A DNA stretch of 57,494 nt from Chthoniobacteraceae bacterium (GTDB taxonomy: Bacteria > Verrucomicrobiota > Verrucomicrobiia > Chthoniobacterales > Chthoniobacteraceae): assembly GCA_031409335.1 (NCBI GenBank), contig JANNWY010000299.1:1-57494 (forward strand). Reading direction: 5' to 3'. Numbering within the stretch: the first letter of the stretch is position 1; each line of letters begins with the position of its first letter. Below the pieces are notes generated by a model that worked only from the letters and a program-made list of their open reading frames with translations, made no database searches and was not told the origin of the DNA. This document shows positions 48,278 through 57,197 of this stretch, piece after piece. The position numbers and the translations under genes are program-made.

Positions 48278-50293
48278 TTACTTCGCGAGCAATTGAATGC
48301 CATCCGCGACGACGTGCCCGTCGGTGTCACGGTTCGACAACGTGATTGCGGCATCCTTTCCCGGCGGCAGCCGGAACGTGCCAAGCGAGGCGCGTCCGCT
48401 CTTTTCCTGCTGGTTCACCTTCACGATCCGCGGTGCGGTGCCGGGGATTTCGACGGTCACCGGAGCGTTGGTCGCGCGATTTGGATTCGGGGAAAAGTGG
48501 AGCACGATTTCGTATACCCCGGCGGCGGGAATGTCGGGCGTCCACCGCACCGCGCAGCCGCCTTTGTCTTTGTTGTCATCGTGAATGTAGCCGCTGCCCA
48601 CGCGGCGCGTTTCCGCGAGACTGCCGGGCAGCCACTCGCCGGTCTTACGCGCGTCGGCGTCATCGAGCACCAGACCATCGAGCTTTGGTGCGGGCGCGAT
48701 GGCCCGTGGATTGCCGCCATCCGAAGGCGTGCCATCCCATCGGAGGATCTGCCCATCCTTGAGCAACTGTTCGCGCAGCCTTGCATAGCTCACTTTTTGC
48801 ACCGCGATTTTTTCGTCGATCGCGAGACACGCCGCCGTCGCGGAAGATTCCGCGAGGATCATGAACACCGGCTCCATGCGGATCGAACCATACGCGATGT
48901 GCGTCGCGCTCAGGCACACTGGCACGAAGAGATTTTCGCAGTCCGCCTGCTTCGGCACGATCGAGCGGTAGGAAATGGGATACGGTTTCACGCCAGTCTG
49001 CACATCGCCCTCGTTGTGCGCGATGCCGTTGCGGACGATGCGGCGGCAGTTGTGCGAATCCATATTGTAAGCGCCGAGCCCCACCGCATCCTCCGGCGTC
49101 TCGATCTGGCGGCAGACTTTTTCCGTCATCACGAATTCGCTCAACATCCGCCGCGCCTCGCGCACATACATCTGATGCGGCCAGCCGCCGGTGTCTTGAA
49201 ATTCATCGCGGCACAAGCCCCACAGTTTCATTTCCGTCTGCACCACCGCAGGCACCCGCTCATCGTTCGCGAGAAAGGTCAGGAAGCCCTGAATGTATTC
49301 AAGATGCGCCTGCCAGATTTTCGCGCGCGTTGCGTAGTCGCCGTCCGGGTAGTCGTAATTCATCCCGATGAAATCCGTCGAGAAGCCGCCGTTATTGTTA
49401 ATGTCCGTCTTCCCCGGCGTCACCATGTCGAATTTCAAAAAGTGATTCATCGTTGCCTTCACGCCGCCTTTCGCGAGCCCGTCGCAGTAGCGGCCGAGCA
49501 GTTCATACCGCTTCGCGTCATAGCCGGGCGGCGGTTCGATCGGTTTGCGGTTCGCGGGATTTTTCGTGAGGCAGAGGCGGAAGTTGTAAGCCTGTACGCT
49601 GCGATCGCCCTCGCCCGGCGTCCCGGGCAGCGCGGCCTGCACGAAGGGAAGCAGCCCGGACAAAGGATCGCCGGCCTTCACGTAAGGATCGACCGGCACG
49701 ACAAACTGATGCTTTGGCGTCTCGGCACGGATGCCATTCAGCGTCTCGCCGAAATGCTCATTCGCCTCGCGCCCGACCATATACGGCACACCCGCCTTCG
49801 CCATCAGATCGCCTTCATAAGTGCAGTCGATAAACATCGCCGCGACGAACTGGTCGCCATTTTCCATCGTGATCGAGACGATCTTTTTCCCGTCCATCTT
49901 TACCGCCGCGAGTCGCGCGTCGAAATAGACCGGCACCTTCGATTCCTCCAGCAGCGCGCGCAATTCCCGCTCCGCCACCGACGGCTCGAACGTCCACGCC
50001 TCCGGCTTCCCGTAATGTTTGCCGAGCCGCTGGTAAAACCCGCGCGAGAATCCGCCGATCGCCGCCTTGTTCCCGATGTCCGTATAGCCGAGCCCGCCCG
50101 AAGTCAGCCCGCCGATATGTTTCCCAAATTCCGTGACGACGACGCCTTTGCCCATCCGCTTCGCGGTGCAGGCTGCGCTCACACCCGCGGCGGTTCCGCC
50201 GAAAACGAGGACGTCGGTGACGATGACTTTTGCCTGAGCGAAATTCGCCGGCAGCAAAAGCGGTAGGAGCAGGAGGGAAATGAATCTGAACAT
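48278..50293 (-). CDS. Secreted FAD-dependent oxidoreductase with a C-terminal beta-sandwich (xanthan-lyase/Golvesin-like) domain
   Basis: Signal peptide; 'DVLVFGGTAAGVSAA', 'GGLTSGGLG', 'FIDCTYEGDL', 'YVREARR', 'SATHIAYGSIRMEP'; C-terminal 'NRATNAPV...VNQ...LGTF...VVADGI'. Confidence 0.85.
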   Translation of the reverse strand: MFRFISLLLLPLLLPANFAQAKVIVTDVLVFGGTAAGVSAACTAKRMGKGVVVTEFGKHIGGLTSGGLGYTDIGNKAAIGGFSRGFYQRLGKHYGKPEAWTFEPSVAERELRALLEESKVPVYFDARLAAVKMDGKKIVSITMENGDQFVAAMFIDCTYEGDLMAKAGVPYMVGREANEHFGETLNGIRAETPKHQFVVPVDPYVKAGDPLSGLLPFVQAALPGTPGEGDRSVQAYNFRLCLTKNPANRKPIEPPPGYDAKRYELLGRYCDGLAKGGVKATMNHFLKFDMVTPGKTDINNNGGFSTDFIGMNYDYPDGDYATRAKIWQAHLEYIQGFLTFLANDERVPAVVQTEMKLWGLCRDEFQDTGGWPHQMYVREARRMLSEFVMTEKVCRQIETPEDAVGLGAYNMDSHNCRRIVRNGIAHNEGDVQTGVKPYPISYRSIVPKQADCENLFVPVCLSATHIAYGSIRMEPVFMILAESSATAACLAIDEKIAVQKVSYARLREQLLKDGQILRWDGTPSDGGNPRAIAPAPKLDGLVLDDADARKTGEWLPGSLAETRRVGSGYIHDDNKDKGGCAVRWTPDIPAAGVYEIVLHFSPNPNRATNAPVTVEIPGTAPRIVKVNQQEKSGRASLGTFRLPPGKDAAITLSNRDTDGHVVADGIQLLAK

Positions 50294-50427
50294 GCGGCCA
50301 GCATGTCAGCCCACAAAGCAGAAACGCAAGGCGTCAACCGTTGGATTCGCGTGTGATTGAAAGTGGAACGAGCGCGCGGCGAAATGGTGCTCACGCGGAC
50401 TCCGCATGAATCCTCAGGATTCTGTTT

Positions 50428-51165
50428 TCATCGGACAAAAACCAACTTCACCCCGGCAATCAAAAGGACGATGGTTAGACAGCGTTTGATCGTCGTGTGA
50501 TCGAAGCGGCGACTGCCGAAATACGAACCCGCCGTGCCGCCGACGATGGCGGTGATCGCGAGGTAGATTGCGAACGATGGAAAGCGGCGGGTGGCGGTGA
50601 AGTTGCCGAGCAGTCCCGCGCTGGAGTTCACGAGGATGAACAGCGCGGAGACGGCGGCGGCTTGTTTCGTGCGCGCCCATTTTTTGAAAAGGAGCAGCGG
50701 CGTCAAAAAGATGCCGCCGCCCGTGCCAGTGAGCCCGGCGAGCAGGCCGAGGCCGGCACCGAGAAAAATGCTGAACGGCAACGACGGGTCGCGTGCCACT
50801 TCATCCGCGCTGGGCCGCAGCAGGAATCGAATCGCTGAAAAAAGCAGGACGATGCCGACGAGGATTTTGAAGACGCGGGTCGGCAGGTCGATCCAGCCGC
50901 CGAGGAACGCGCACGGAATCGCGAGCACGGCGAACGGCCAGAAAAGCCGCCAGGAGAAATGGCCCGCGCGCCAGAATTGCCACGCACCGATCGAGGCGAC
51001 GAGGATGTTCAGCGCGAGCGCGGTGGGCTTGATGACATCCGGTGCGAGACTGAATAGCGACATCACCGCGATGTAACCGGACGCGCCAGCGTGGCCGACG
51101 CACGAGTAAAGAAACGCGACGAGCAGGACGGCTCCGCAGAGGAAGGGAATTTGCTCGGCTGTCAT
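50428..51165 (-). CDS. Sulfite exporter TauE/SafE family membrane protein
   Basis: 'LYSCVGHAGASGY', 'GLTGTGGGIFLTP', 'SALFILVNS'; about 8 TM segments. Confidence 0.9.
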   Translation of the reverse strand: MTAEQIPFLCGAVLLVAFLYSCVGHAGASGYIAVMSLFSLAPDVIKPTALALNILVASIGAWQFWRAGHFSWRLFWPFAVLAIPCAFLGGWIDLPTRVFKILVGIVLLFSAIRFLLRPSADEVARDPSLPFSIFLGAGLGLLAGLTGTGGGIFLTPLLLFKKWARTKQAAAVSALFILVNSSAGLLGNFTATRRFPSFAIYLAITAIVGGTAGSYFGSRRFDHTTIKRCLTIVLLIAGVKLVFVR

Positions 51166-51244
51166 CGTCCGCGATTCTGTAGCGGAGGATTTCGTGCGTG
51201 GGAAGAAAGTGCGAATTCGCCGCCGATCCGCGTATCATCCCGCG

Positions 51245-51970
51245 ATGAAACTTCGCTTCCTCGTCACGTCGCTTGCACTCTTGATCTCCACCGCGGGATT
51301 CGGTGAAGCGCCGCGCGTCGCGACTTTTTCGATCGTCGCGTTTGATCCAAGAACGGGTGAACTCGGCGTGGCGGTGCAGTCGCGATTCCTCGCGGTCGGC
51401 GCGGTGGTGCCGTGGGCAAAAGCGGGCGTCGGTGCGATCGCGACACAGTCTTTCGCAAACACCAGCTACGGACCCGATGGCCTGAAACTCCTCGCGAGCG
51501 GGACAGCGCCGGAGGAGGCGGTGAAGCAGCTCACGGAAGCCGATCCGCAGCGCGCAGTCCGGCAACTCGGAATCGTGAATGCCACGGGAAAAGCGGCGAC
51601 CTTCACCGGCGGCGAATGCAACGCGTGGGCGGGCGGACGCACTGGCGCGAACTTCGCCGCGCAGGGAAACATCCTCGCCGGTGAGGCCGTGGTGACTGCG
51701 ATGGCGGAGAGTTTTGAAAAATCCGCGGACAGCGAAAAGGAACTCGGTCAGCGGCTGATCGACGCGCTTAAAGCCGGCCAGGCTGCGGGCGGCGACAAAC
51801 GCGGAATGCAAAGCGCCGCGCTGCTCGTCGTGCGCGAAGGCTGGGGCTACGCGGGCTTGAGCGACCGCTACCGCGACCTGCGCGTGGACGATCACGCCGA
51901 ACCGATCGCCGAACTCCAGCGCATTTACGAACTGCACAAGCGCATCTTTCCCACTCCGCAGCAGCGGTAG
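51245..51970 (+). CDS. DUF1028 family (Ntn-hydrolase-like) secreted protein
   Basis: Signal peptide then 'TFSIVA.D..TGELGVAVQS', 'GVGAIATQS', 'QGNIL', 'GGDKRG.QSAAL', 'DLRVDDH..PI.EL'. Start reassigned to ATG 51245. Confidence 0.9.
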   Translation: MKLRFLVTSLALLISTAGFGEAPRVATFSIVAFDPRTGELGVAVQSRFLAVGAVVPWAKAGVGAIATQSFANTSYGPDGLKLLASGTAPEEAVKQLTEADPQRAVRQLGIVNATGKAATFTGGECNAWAGGRTGANFAAQGNILAGEAVVTAMAESFEKSADSEKELGQRLIDALKAGQAAGGDKRGMQSAALLVVREGWGYAGLSDRYRDLRVDDHAEPIAELQRIYELHKRIFPTPQQR

Positions 51971-51997
51971 CCAAAGGGATTGGCAATCAGTCCCCGC

Positions 51998-52025
51998 TTG
52001 AGCAACGCATTTTCGTCGGTAGCAT
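51998..52025 (+). promoter_or_regulatory. Putative hicBA promoter (leaderless transcript)
   Basis: TTGAGC, 16-nt spacer, TAGCAT; the ATG at 52033 lies 7 nt after the -10 box and there is no SD. Confidence 0.5.
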
Positions 52026-52032
52026 CCGAAGC

Positions 52033-52245
52033 ATGAAGCGAGCGTTCACGGCAGTCATCAAACAGGACAATGGATGGTGGATTGGCTGGATTGAAGAGGT
52101 TCCAGGGGTGAACAGCCAGGGGCTTACTCGGGAGGAATTGGTCGCCAATCTTCATTCCGCGTTGCGCGAGGCGCTGGAGATGAATCGAGCTGATGCCCTG
52201 CGTGAAGCTGGTGACGTTCACGAGGAGGAAGCCATCCTCGTGTGA
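52033..52245 (+). CDS. hicB: HicB-family antitoxin (short form)
   Basis: 'FTAVIKQDNGWWIGWIEEVPGVNSQG.TREEL..NL..AL'. Confidence 0.9.
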   Translation: MKRAFTAVIKQDNGWWIGWIEEVPGVNSQGLTREELVANLHSALREALEMNRADALREAGDVHEEEAILV

Positions 52246-52427
52246 AACGTCGGGAATTGCTCCGGCACCTCGGACGCCACGGGTGCCAGCTCGTGAGGGA
52301 GGGCAGCGACCATTCATGGTGGGGAAATCCTGGGAACGGCAGACGTTCGGCGGTTCCACGACACGCGGAGATCAACCGCTTTCTCGCACGGAAGATCTGC
52401 CGCGACCTCGGCGTGCCCGATCCTTGA
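52242..52427 (+). CDS. hicA: HicA-family mRNA interferase toxin
   Basis: 'MKRRELLRHL..HGC.LVREGSDHSWW.NP.....AVPRH.EI...LARKICRDL'; GTGA overlap with hicB. Confidence 0.92.
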   Translation: MKRRELLRHLGRHGCQLVREGSDHSWWGNPGNGRRSAVPRHAEINRFLARKICRDLGVPDP

Positions 52428-52503
52428 GAAATATCACGATTCGTTGAAGCGTGGCCTTCAACACCGCCGCTAATCTTCATCCCGATCGCGGATCATCGCT
52501 GCG

Positions 52504-53814
52504 GTGCGCGCTTTCCTTTTCCTCATTTTCTCCGCGTCCGCGTTGGCAAACGCGGGTGTGAGTTTTCGCGCGGAGGTCGCGCCGCTTTTGCATCGGCGGT
52601 GCGCGCGGTGTCACAACGAGGAATCCGCAAAAGGCCGCTACCGGCTCGATTCGCTGGTGCATTTGTGGAAGACGGGAGACAGCGATTTACCGCCGGTGGT
52701 CGCGGGAAATCCGCGGGAATCCGAGCTGTATCTGCGGCTCGTCGAAACCGCGGCGGAAGATCGGATGCCGCAGAAATCGGACGCGCTTCCGGCGAATGAA
52801 ATCGCGCTGGTCGAGCGGTGGATCCGCGAAGGTGCGATCGGCGATGGCGGCGATCCGGATCGCGCGATCGCGGAATTCGCGCGCGATTCGCTGCTGCACG
52901 CGGCTCCCGAGCGCTACCCGCGGCCGCAGCCTGTGACCGCGCTGGCGTTCAGCCCGAACGGCACGCAGCTCGCGGTGAGCGGCTATCATGAAGTGACGAT
53001 TTGGGATGCGGTGACTGGCGCGCTGGTGCGGCGCATCGGTGGAATGCCGGAGCGCATCACTTCGCTCGCTTGGCATCCGGCGCGGAATGTGATCGCGGTC
53101 GCGGGCGGCGTGCCGTCGCAGTGGGGCGGCGTGGCGCTGGTGAATGCGGGCGCGGGGTTTCAGATGCGCTATTTGTGCGACCTGCCGGAGAGCGCGTTGT
53201 GCGTCGCGTTCAGTCCGGATGGGGCGCGGCTCGCCGCGGGCGGTGGCGATCGCGCGGTTCGGATTTTCGATACGACGAGCGGGAAACAAACGCGGCTTTT
53301 GAAACAACACGCGGACTGGGTGCAGTCGGTCGCGTTCAGCCCGGACGGCAGGCTGCTCGTGACTGCGAGCCGCGATCGGACGGCGCGCGTTTTCGATGCG
53401 AAGACGGGGGAACTCGACGCGACTTACAGCGAACATGAGACGCCGCTTTTGAGCGCGGTCTTTTCCGGCAGCAATACGCTCGTCTCGCTGGCGCGGGGGC
53501 GTTCGCTGAATGTGTGGAATGCCGACAAGGCGGAGCGTCGCGCGGAATACAAAGAGCTCGCGAGCGATGTGCAGACCATCGCGGCGAGCCCGTTTGGTCT
53601 GCTCACGGGAAGCGCCGACGCGGCGGTGCGCGTGTATCAATTCAGCGGTCAGCGCGAAATTTTCACGCTGCGCGGTCATTGCGATGTCGTGCAATCGCTC
53701 GCGGTCGCGCCGTCGGGAAACACGTTCGCGAGCGGGAGCGCGGATGGCGTGGTGTGCGTGTGGAGCCTGGCGTGCGGGACTTGGGTGGCGCGGTTTGTCG
53801 CGAGTCCGATGTAG
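52504..53814 (+). CDS. Planctomycete-type cytochrome c domain plus WD40-repeat protein
   Basis: Signal peptide; 'VAPLL..RCARCH' (CxxCH), 'RMP', 'WI.EGA'; WD40 units 'VAFSPDG..LA....DR.VRIFD'. Confidence 0.9.
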   Translation: MRAFLFLIFSASALANAGVSFRAEVAPLLHRRCARCHNEESAKGRYRLDSLVHLWKTGDSDLPPVVAGNPRESELYLRLVETAAEDRMPQKSDALPANEIALVERWIREGAIGDGGDPDRAIAEFARDSLLHAAPERYPRPQPVTALAFSPNGTQLAVSGYHEVTIWDAVTGALVRRIGGMPERITSLAWHPARNVIAVAGGVPSQWGGVALVNAGAGFQMRYLCDLPESALCVAFSPDGARLAAGGGDRAVRIFDTTSGKQTRLLKQHADWVQSVAFSPDGRLLVTASRDRTARVFDAKTGELDATYSEHETPLLSAVFSGSNTLVSLARGRSLNVWNADKAERRAEYKELASDVQTIAASPFGLLTGSADAAVRVYQFSGQREIFTLRGHCDVVQSLAVAPSGNTFASGSADGVVCVWSLACGTWVARFVASPM

Positions 53815-53832
53815 CGGGCTTTGGACGTTCCT

Positions 53833-53939
53833 TTTTTAACACAGAGGAACAGAGGGCACGGAGATACACAGAGAAGAGAAAAGCAGATCATCCAATTCCT
53901 CTGTGTACCTCCATGCCCTCTGTTCCTCTGTGTTAAAAA
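53833..53939. repeat. 41-bp inverted-repeat element between convergent genes
   Basis: tttttaacacagaggaacagagggcacggagatacacagag (53833-53873) versus 53899-53939; 39/41 complementary, 25-nt loop. Confidence 0.9.
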
Positions 53940-53958
53940 GAAAGCGTCGCCAAACATC

Positions 53959-55314
53959 TCAGCGTTCCTTTTTCAAGAGCGGCGCGGCGACCAGCCAGAT
54001 GAGCGCGATTTGAATCACGATGATGATTTGAAAATACGAGAGCGGTGATCCGCATGGCAGCGTGATGCGGCTGAGCGCGGCGGGAAAATGATCCTTGATG
54101 AAGCCGGCGAGCATCGGTCCGGCCGAGGCCATCAGTCCGACGAGCGACCAGTGGACGGCCATCGTCACGGTGCGGCCCTCGGGTGCGGTGTGGATTTGCG
54201 AAAGGCGGAGCTGGCAGAGCAGCACGCCGGCATAGAGTCCGCCAATCGGGATGGATGCGACGCTCATCAGCAGCACGGCCTGCGGGATCGCTTGCGGGCC
54301 AAGCAGCGGCAGCGTGAAATCCACGCGCGCGGACGAGACAAAAAACCATGCGAGCGACATCGCGGACCCGGCGCACATGAGCCGCACGGCGACACGGCGC
54401 GCGCCATACAAGTCGATGAAATGGCCAATGCGACGCGCGGACAGGATGCTGCCAAATGCGGATGCGACGAGCAGCAGCGACGCCTGCGAGTAGCTGGCAC
54501 TGAAGGCTTGTTTCAAATAGACGACATTGAAAAGACCGGGCAGGCCATTGGCGATGCCGGGCATCGCCGCCGCGCAGGACCATGCGCCGAGGGCAAAGGT
54601 GAGCCGGCGAAAAACGGGATCGCGCAGCGGCGCGATGATGCGCTCCCAAACTGGTTCGCGGCGCGGATGCGGCACCGGCATCGGCTCGTGGACCCAGCAA
54701 TGAATGATGACATCGGCCAGCCCCGCGATCGCGCCGATGCCGAAGACGATGCTGAAGCCAGTGAGGCCGCTGGTGGCAGGAAAGTGATCGAGCAATTTTC
54801 CAAAAGCGATGAAGGCGAAAATGAGGGCGATGGAAAAAATGCGCTGGCGAAGTCCCCAAAAGCGCCCGCTCCGCTCGGCGGGCAGCAGATCGGCCATCCA
54901 GCTCATCCACGGCGCGGACCCGACATTCGCGAGGATATCGCTGATCGCGAGCGCGGCGATGATCACGACCGGATACCACTTGGTGTCGCCGGGAAAAAGC
55001 AGCGGAAGCATCGCGGGGACCAGCCACATTAACCGATGCAGGATGCACGCGGCGGCCCAGAAAGGTTTTCGACGCGCCATGCGCTCGACAAACAGCGCTG
55101 CGGGAATCTGCCCGAGCATCGCGAGCTGCCGCACCGCGGCGACCGCGCCGAGCTGCTGCCCGCTCGCACCGATCGCCTCCATGAACAGCGGCAGCGGCAA
55201 GCCAAACGCGACCGCCGCCCAAAACATGCCGACGCTTCCCGCCGTGATATTCAGCCGCATCGCGCGCAGCAGCGCCGGCTCGGAGAGGGTGGGCGGTGGC
55301 TGAGCGGCGGGCAT
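53959..55314 (-). CDS. MFS transporter
   Basis: About 12 hydrophobic segments; 'W.SWMADL.P..RSGRFWG.R', 'GHFID.YG.R'. Confidence 0.85.
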   Translation of the reverse strand: MPAAQPPPTLSEPALLRAMRLNITAGSVGMFWAAVAFGLPLPLFMEAIGASGQQLGAVAAVRQLAMLGQIPAALFVERMARRKPFWAAACILHRLMWLVPAMLPLLFPGDTKWYPVVIIAALAISDILANVGSAPWMSWMADLLPAERSGRFWGLRQRIFSIALIFAFIAFGKLLDHFPATSGLTGFSIVFGIGAIAGLADVIIHCWVHEPMPVPHPRREPVWERIIAPLRDPVFRRLTFALGAWSCAAAMPGIANGLPGLFNVVYLKQAFSASYSQASLLLVASAFGSILSARRIGHFIDLYGARRVAVRLMCAGSAMSLAWFFVSSARVDFTLPLLGPQAIPQAVLLMSVASIPIGGLYAGVLLCQLRLSQIHTAPEGRTVTMAVHWSLVGLMASAGPMLAGFIKDHFPAALSRITLPCGSPLSYFQIIIVIQIALIWLVAAPLLKKER

Positions 55315-55349
55315 GTGTGGGCAAAGAAGGGTGGCGCGGAATCGTTAGA

Positions 55350-55380
55350 TGTAGCCACCGCCCCGCAGGCCGCGGCTACA
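55350..55380. repeat. Short GTAG-tagged REP-like hairpin
   Basis: tgtagcc (55350-55356) ... ggctaca (55374-55380) enclosing a GC-rich spacer. Confidence 0.4.
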
Positions 55381-55397
55381 ACGGGACGCGATCTCTT

Positions 55398-55583
55398 TCA
55401 GCGAATCGCCGACTCACGCACGCCTGGCACATTTTCCACGCCCACACTCGTCGGCGCAGCGTCGTACTGAAAATCCGGCAACACCAAAAGGCACCCGGAT
55501 GGCCCGCACAGCGAGCTCTCCTGCTGCCGGTGAAACGCGAGCGCTGCGGCGAGGGCGATGATGATGATGACTTCGAATTTCAT
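55398..55583 (-). CDS. Possible small secreted peptide (61 aa)
   Basis: 'MKFEVIIIIALAAALAF...' has a signal-peptide-like start and fills an otherwise empty gap; no family recognised. Confidence 0.3.
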   Translation of the reverse strand: MKFEVIIIIALAAALAFHRQQESSLCGPSGCLLVLPDFQYDAAPTSVGVENVPGVRESAIR

Positions 55584-55714
55584 GCGGTGACCTGTTGTAA
55601 TTCGGACGCTTTGCCATCGCCACCAGCATTTTCTCAAATGTGCATCGGCGTTTTCCTGCAACTTCGCGGAAGTTTGTCACAGCATTTACACAAATCCGGG
55701 CTATGATCCGCGCA

Positions 55715-56158
55715 ATGAAAACCACCTACGGTTTTTCCCGCCGCGGCCCTGACCGCGTCGCGGAGGAACTTGCCACTGTCCTGTCATCCAAATCGTCGTT
55801 TGAATTCAAGTCGCTCTTTACGATCGTCCACGCCAATCTCCGCGCCCGCAACGCGGCTGGCGGCGGCGAGGAAATGCTGCGCTTGAGGGCTTACGAAAAG
55901 CTGCAAAATCTGGTGCAGGCGGGAGTCGTGAAGAAGGTCGGCAAGGAATACAAAGGGGTCGCCGCCGCGCTGGTCACGTTCATGGAAACGGCGGCTGAGC
56001 TGAACGCAAAGTTTGCCGCAGGAACCCACAGCCGCCCGCCGAGCGTGCCGGTCGTGGAAACGAAATCTCCCGCTGCCAAAAAGGTGGAGGCAAAACCAAA
56101 AGCGGTCGTCGTCGCGAAGCCGGCCGCCAAACGCAAACAGACCGCGAAATTGAACTAA
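55715..56158 (+). CDS. Hypothetical basic protein with a Lys/Ala/Pro-rich histone-H1-like tail
   Basis: Core 'FEFKSLF..VHANLRARNAAGGGEEMLRLRAYEKLQNLV..G.VKK'; tail 'KSPAAKKVEAKPKAVVVAKPAAKRK'; TATGAT 7 nt before ATG 55715. Confidence 0.75.
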   Translation: MKTTYGFSRRGPDRVAEELATVLSSKSSFEFKSLFTIVHANLRARNAAGGGEEMLRLRAYEKLQNLVQAGVVKKVGKEYKGVAAALVTFMETAAELNAKFAAGTHSRPPSVPVVETKSPAAKKVEAKPKAVVVAKPAAKRKQTAKLN

Positions 56159-56182
56159 CCCCACGGAGGAAAAAGACGAGCG

Positions 56183-56350
56183 ATGGCGAAACCAAATTAC
56201 CAATTCGAGAAGCGCAGGCGGGACATGGAGAAAAAGGCGAAGAAGGAGGAGAAGAAACGCCGCAAGGCGGAGAACGCCGCGAACGGGATCACGACGGACG
56301 AAGACTCCGAGACGGCAACTGAAACCACGAGTTCCGAGCCAGCCGTGTAG
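56183..56350 (+). CDS. 55-aa small protein, not in the ORF track
   Basis: Hand translation MAKPNYQFEKRRRDMEKKAKKEEKKRRKAENAANGITTDEDSETATETTSSEPAV*; GGAGG at 56165-56169. Confidence 0.75.
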   Translation: MAKPNYQFEKRRRDMEKKAKKEEKKRRKAENAANGITTDEDSETATETTSSEPAV

Positions 56351-56353
56351 TCG

Positions 56354-57031
56354 CTAGTCCGGGCGACCCGCGAGATAGATCATATGCGCGAATCGTTTCG
56401 CGCGTTCGTGGGCTTTGGCGGGCACGGCCTCCGTCCAGAATCCCGCGCGTGACAGTCTGTCCATAAAGCCGGGCTCGGGGCATGCGGACCAGAATGCGAC
56501 CCTGCCGCCGGGGCGCAGCGCGCGGGCGATGAGATCGAATCCGCTGCGTTGGTAGATGCGCGAATTTTTCGCCTGCACGTAGGAAGTCGGGCCGTTGTCC
56601 ACATCGAGGAGGATGGCGTCGTAGCTGGGTTTCGGAGCCTGGCGGATCACTTCAAAAACATCGCGCACGAGCACTTTCACGCGCGGATCATTTAGTAATT
56701 CGCCGTTCACGGTGCCGAGGAAATCGCGATTCCATGCGACGACTTCCGGGAGCAATTCCGCGACGTGGACGGTGGCGGACGGCCCCACCAATTCCAGCAC
56801 GCGCTGAAGACTGAACCCCAGCCCGAGCCCGCCGATCAGCACGTTCGCGTCCGCCTTTTCGCGCAAATTGTCGCATGGCAACTGCGCGAGCAGCAGCTCG
56901 GAACTCGTGGACGTGGTGCTCATCAACTGCCGCCCGTTGAGTTTCAGGAAATACTCGCCGTCGTGTTCGTGCAGCGAGAAGCGCGCGCCGTCGGGCGTGT
57001 GGGTTTGGGCGAGATTGCGGAAGGGTTTCAA
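56354..57031 (-). CDS. Spermidine-synthase-like SAM-dependent methyltransferase
   Basis: 'QLMST....SE..LA', 'VLIGGLGLGFSL', 'VAELLPEVV.WNR', 'YDAILLDVDNGP'; TTG start. Confidence 0.88.
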   Translation of the reverse strand: MKPFRNLAQTHTPDGARFSLHEHDGEYFLKLNGRQLMSTTSTSSELLLAQLPCDNLREKADANVLIGGLGLGFSLQRVLELVGPSATVHVAELLPEVVAWNRDFLGTVNGELLNDPRVKVLVRDVFEVIRQAPKPSYDAILLDVDNGPTSYVQAKNSRIYQRSGFDLIARALRPGGRVAFWSACPEPGFMDRLSRAGFWTEAVPAKAHERAKRFAHMIYLAGRPD

Positions 57032-57051
57032 ACGAATTTAAGAGAGACGGC

Positions 57052-57194
57052 CTCGTTCCCAAGTTGCACTTGGGAATGCCAGTGTCGGGGAAGTTCCACT
57101 TCGCGTGGAGGGGGTGTCTGCGGGTGAGAGCAGTGGACCCGCCCGCAGACACCCCCTCCGTGGGAAACAGAGTTTCCCTCCCAAGGCAAATCCC
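57052..57194. repeat. REP-like multi-hairpin element, right end truncated
   Basis: ttcccaag-ttgca-cttgggaa (57056-57076); perfect 18-bp IR 57107-57124 / 57142-57159; gggaaac-aga-gtttccc (57162-57178). Confidence 0.75.
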
Positions 57195-57197
57195 GCG

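Noticed and set aside
13595..50266. Long alternative-strand ORFs (13595-15004, 31194-32708, 35394-37079, 45961-47646, 48239-50266 and similar)
   Set aside because: They have no recognisable motifs and lie opposite well-supported genes, as expected in high-GC DNA.
50394..50422. Small hairpins gcggactccgc and gaatcctcaggattc after tauE
   Set aside because: Short stems with no convincing U-tract; not enough to call a terminator or repeat.
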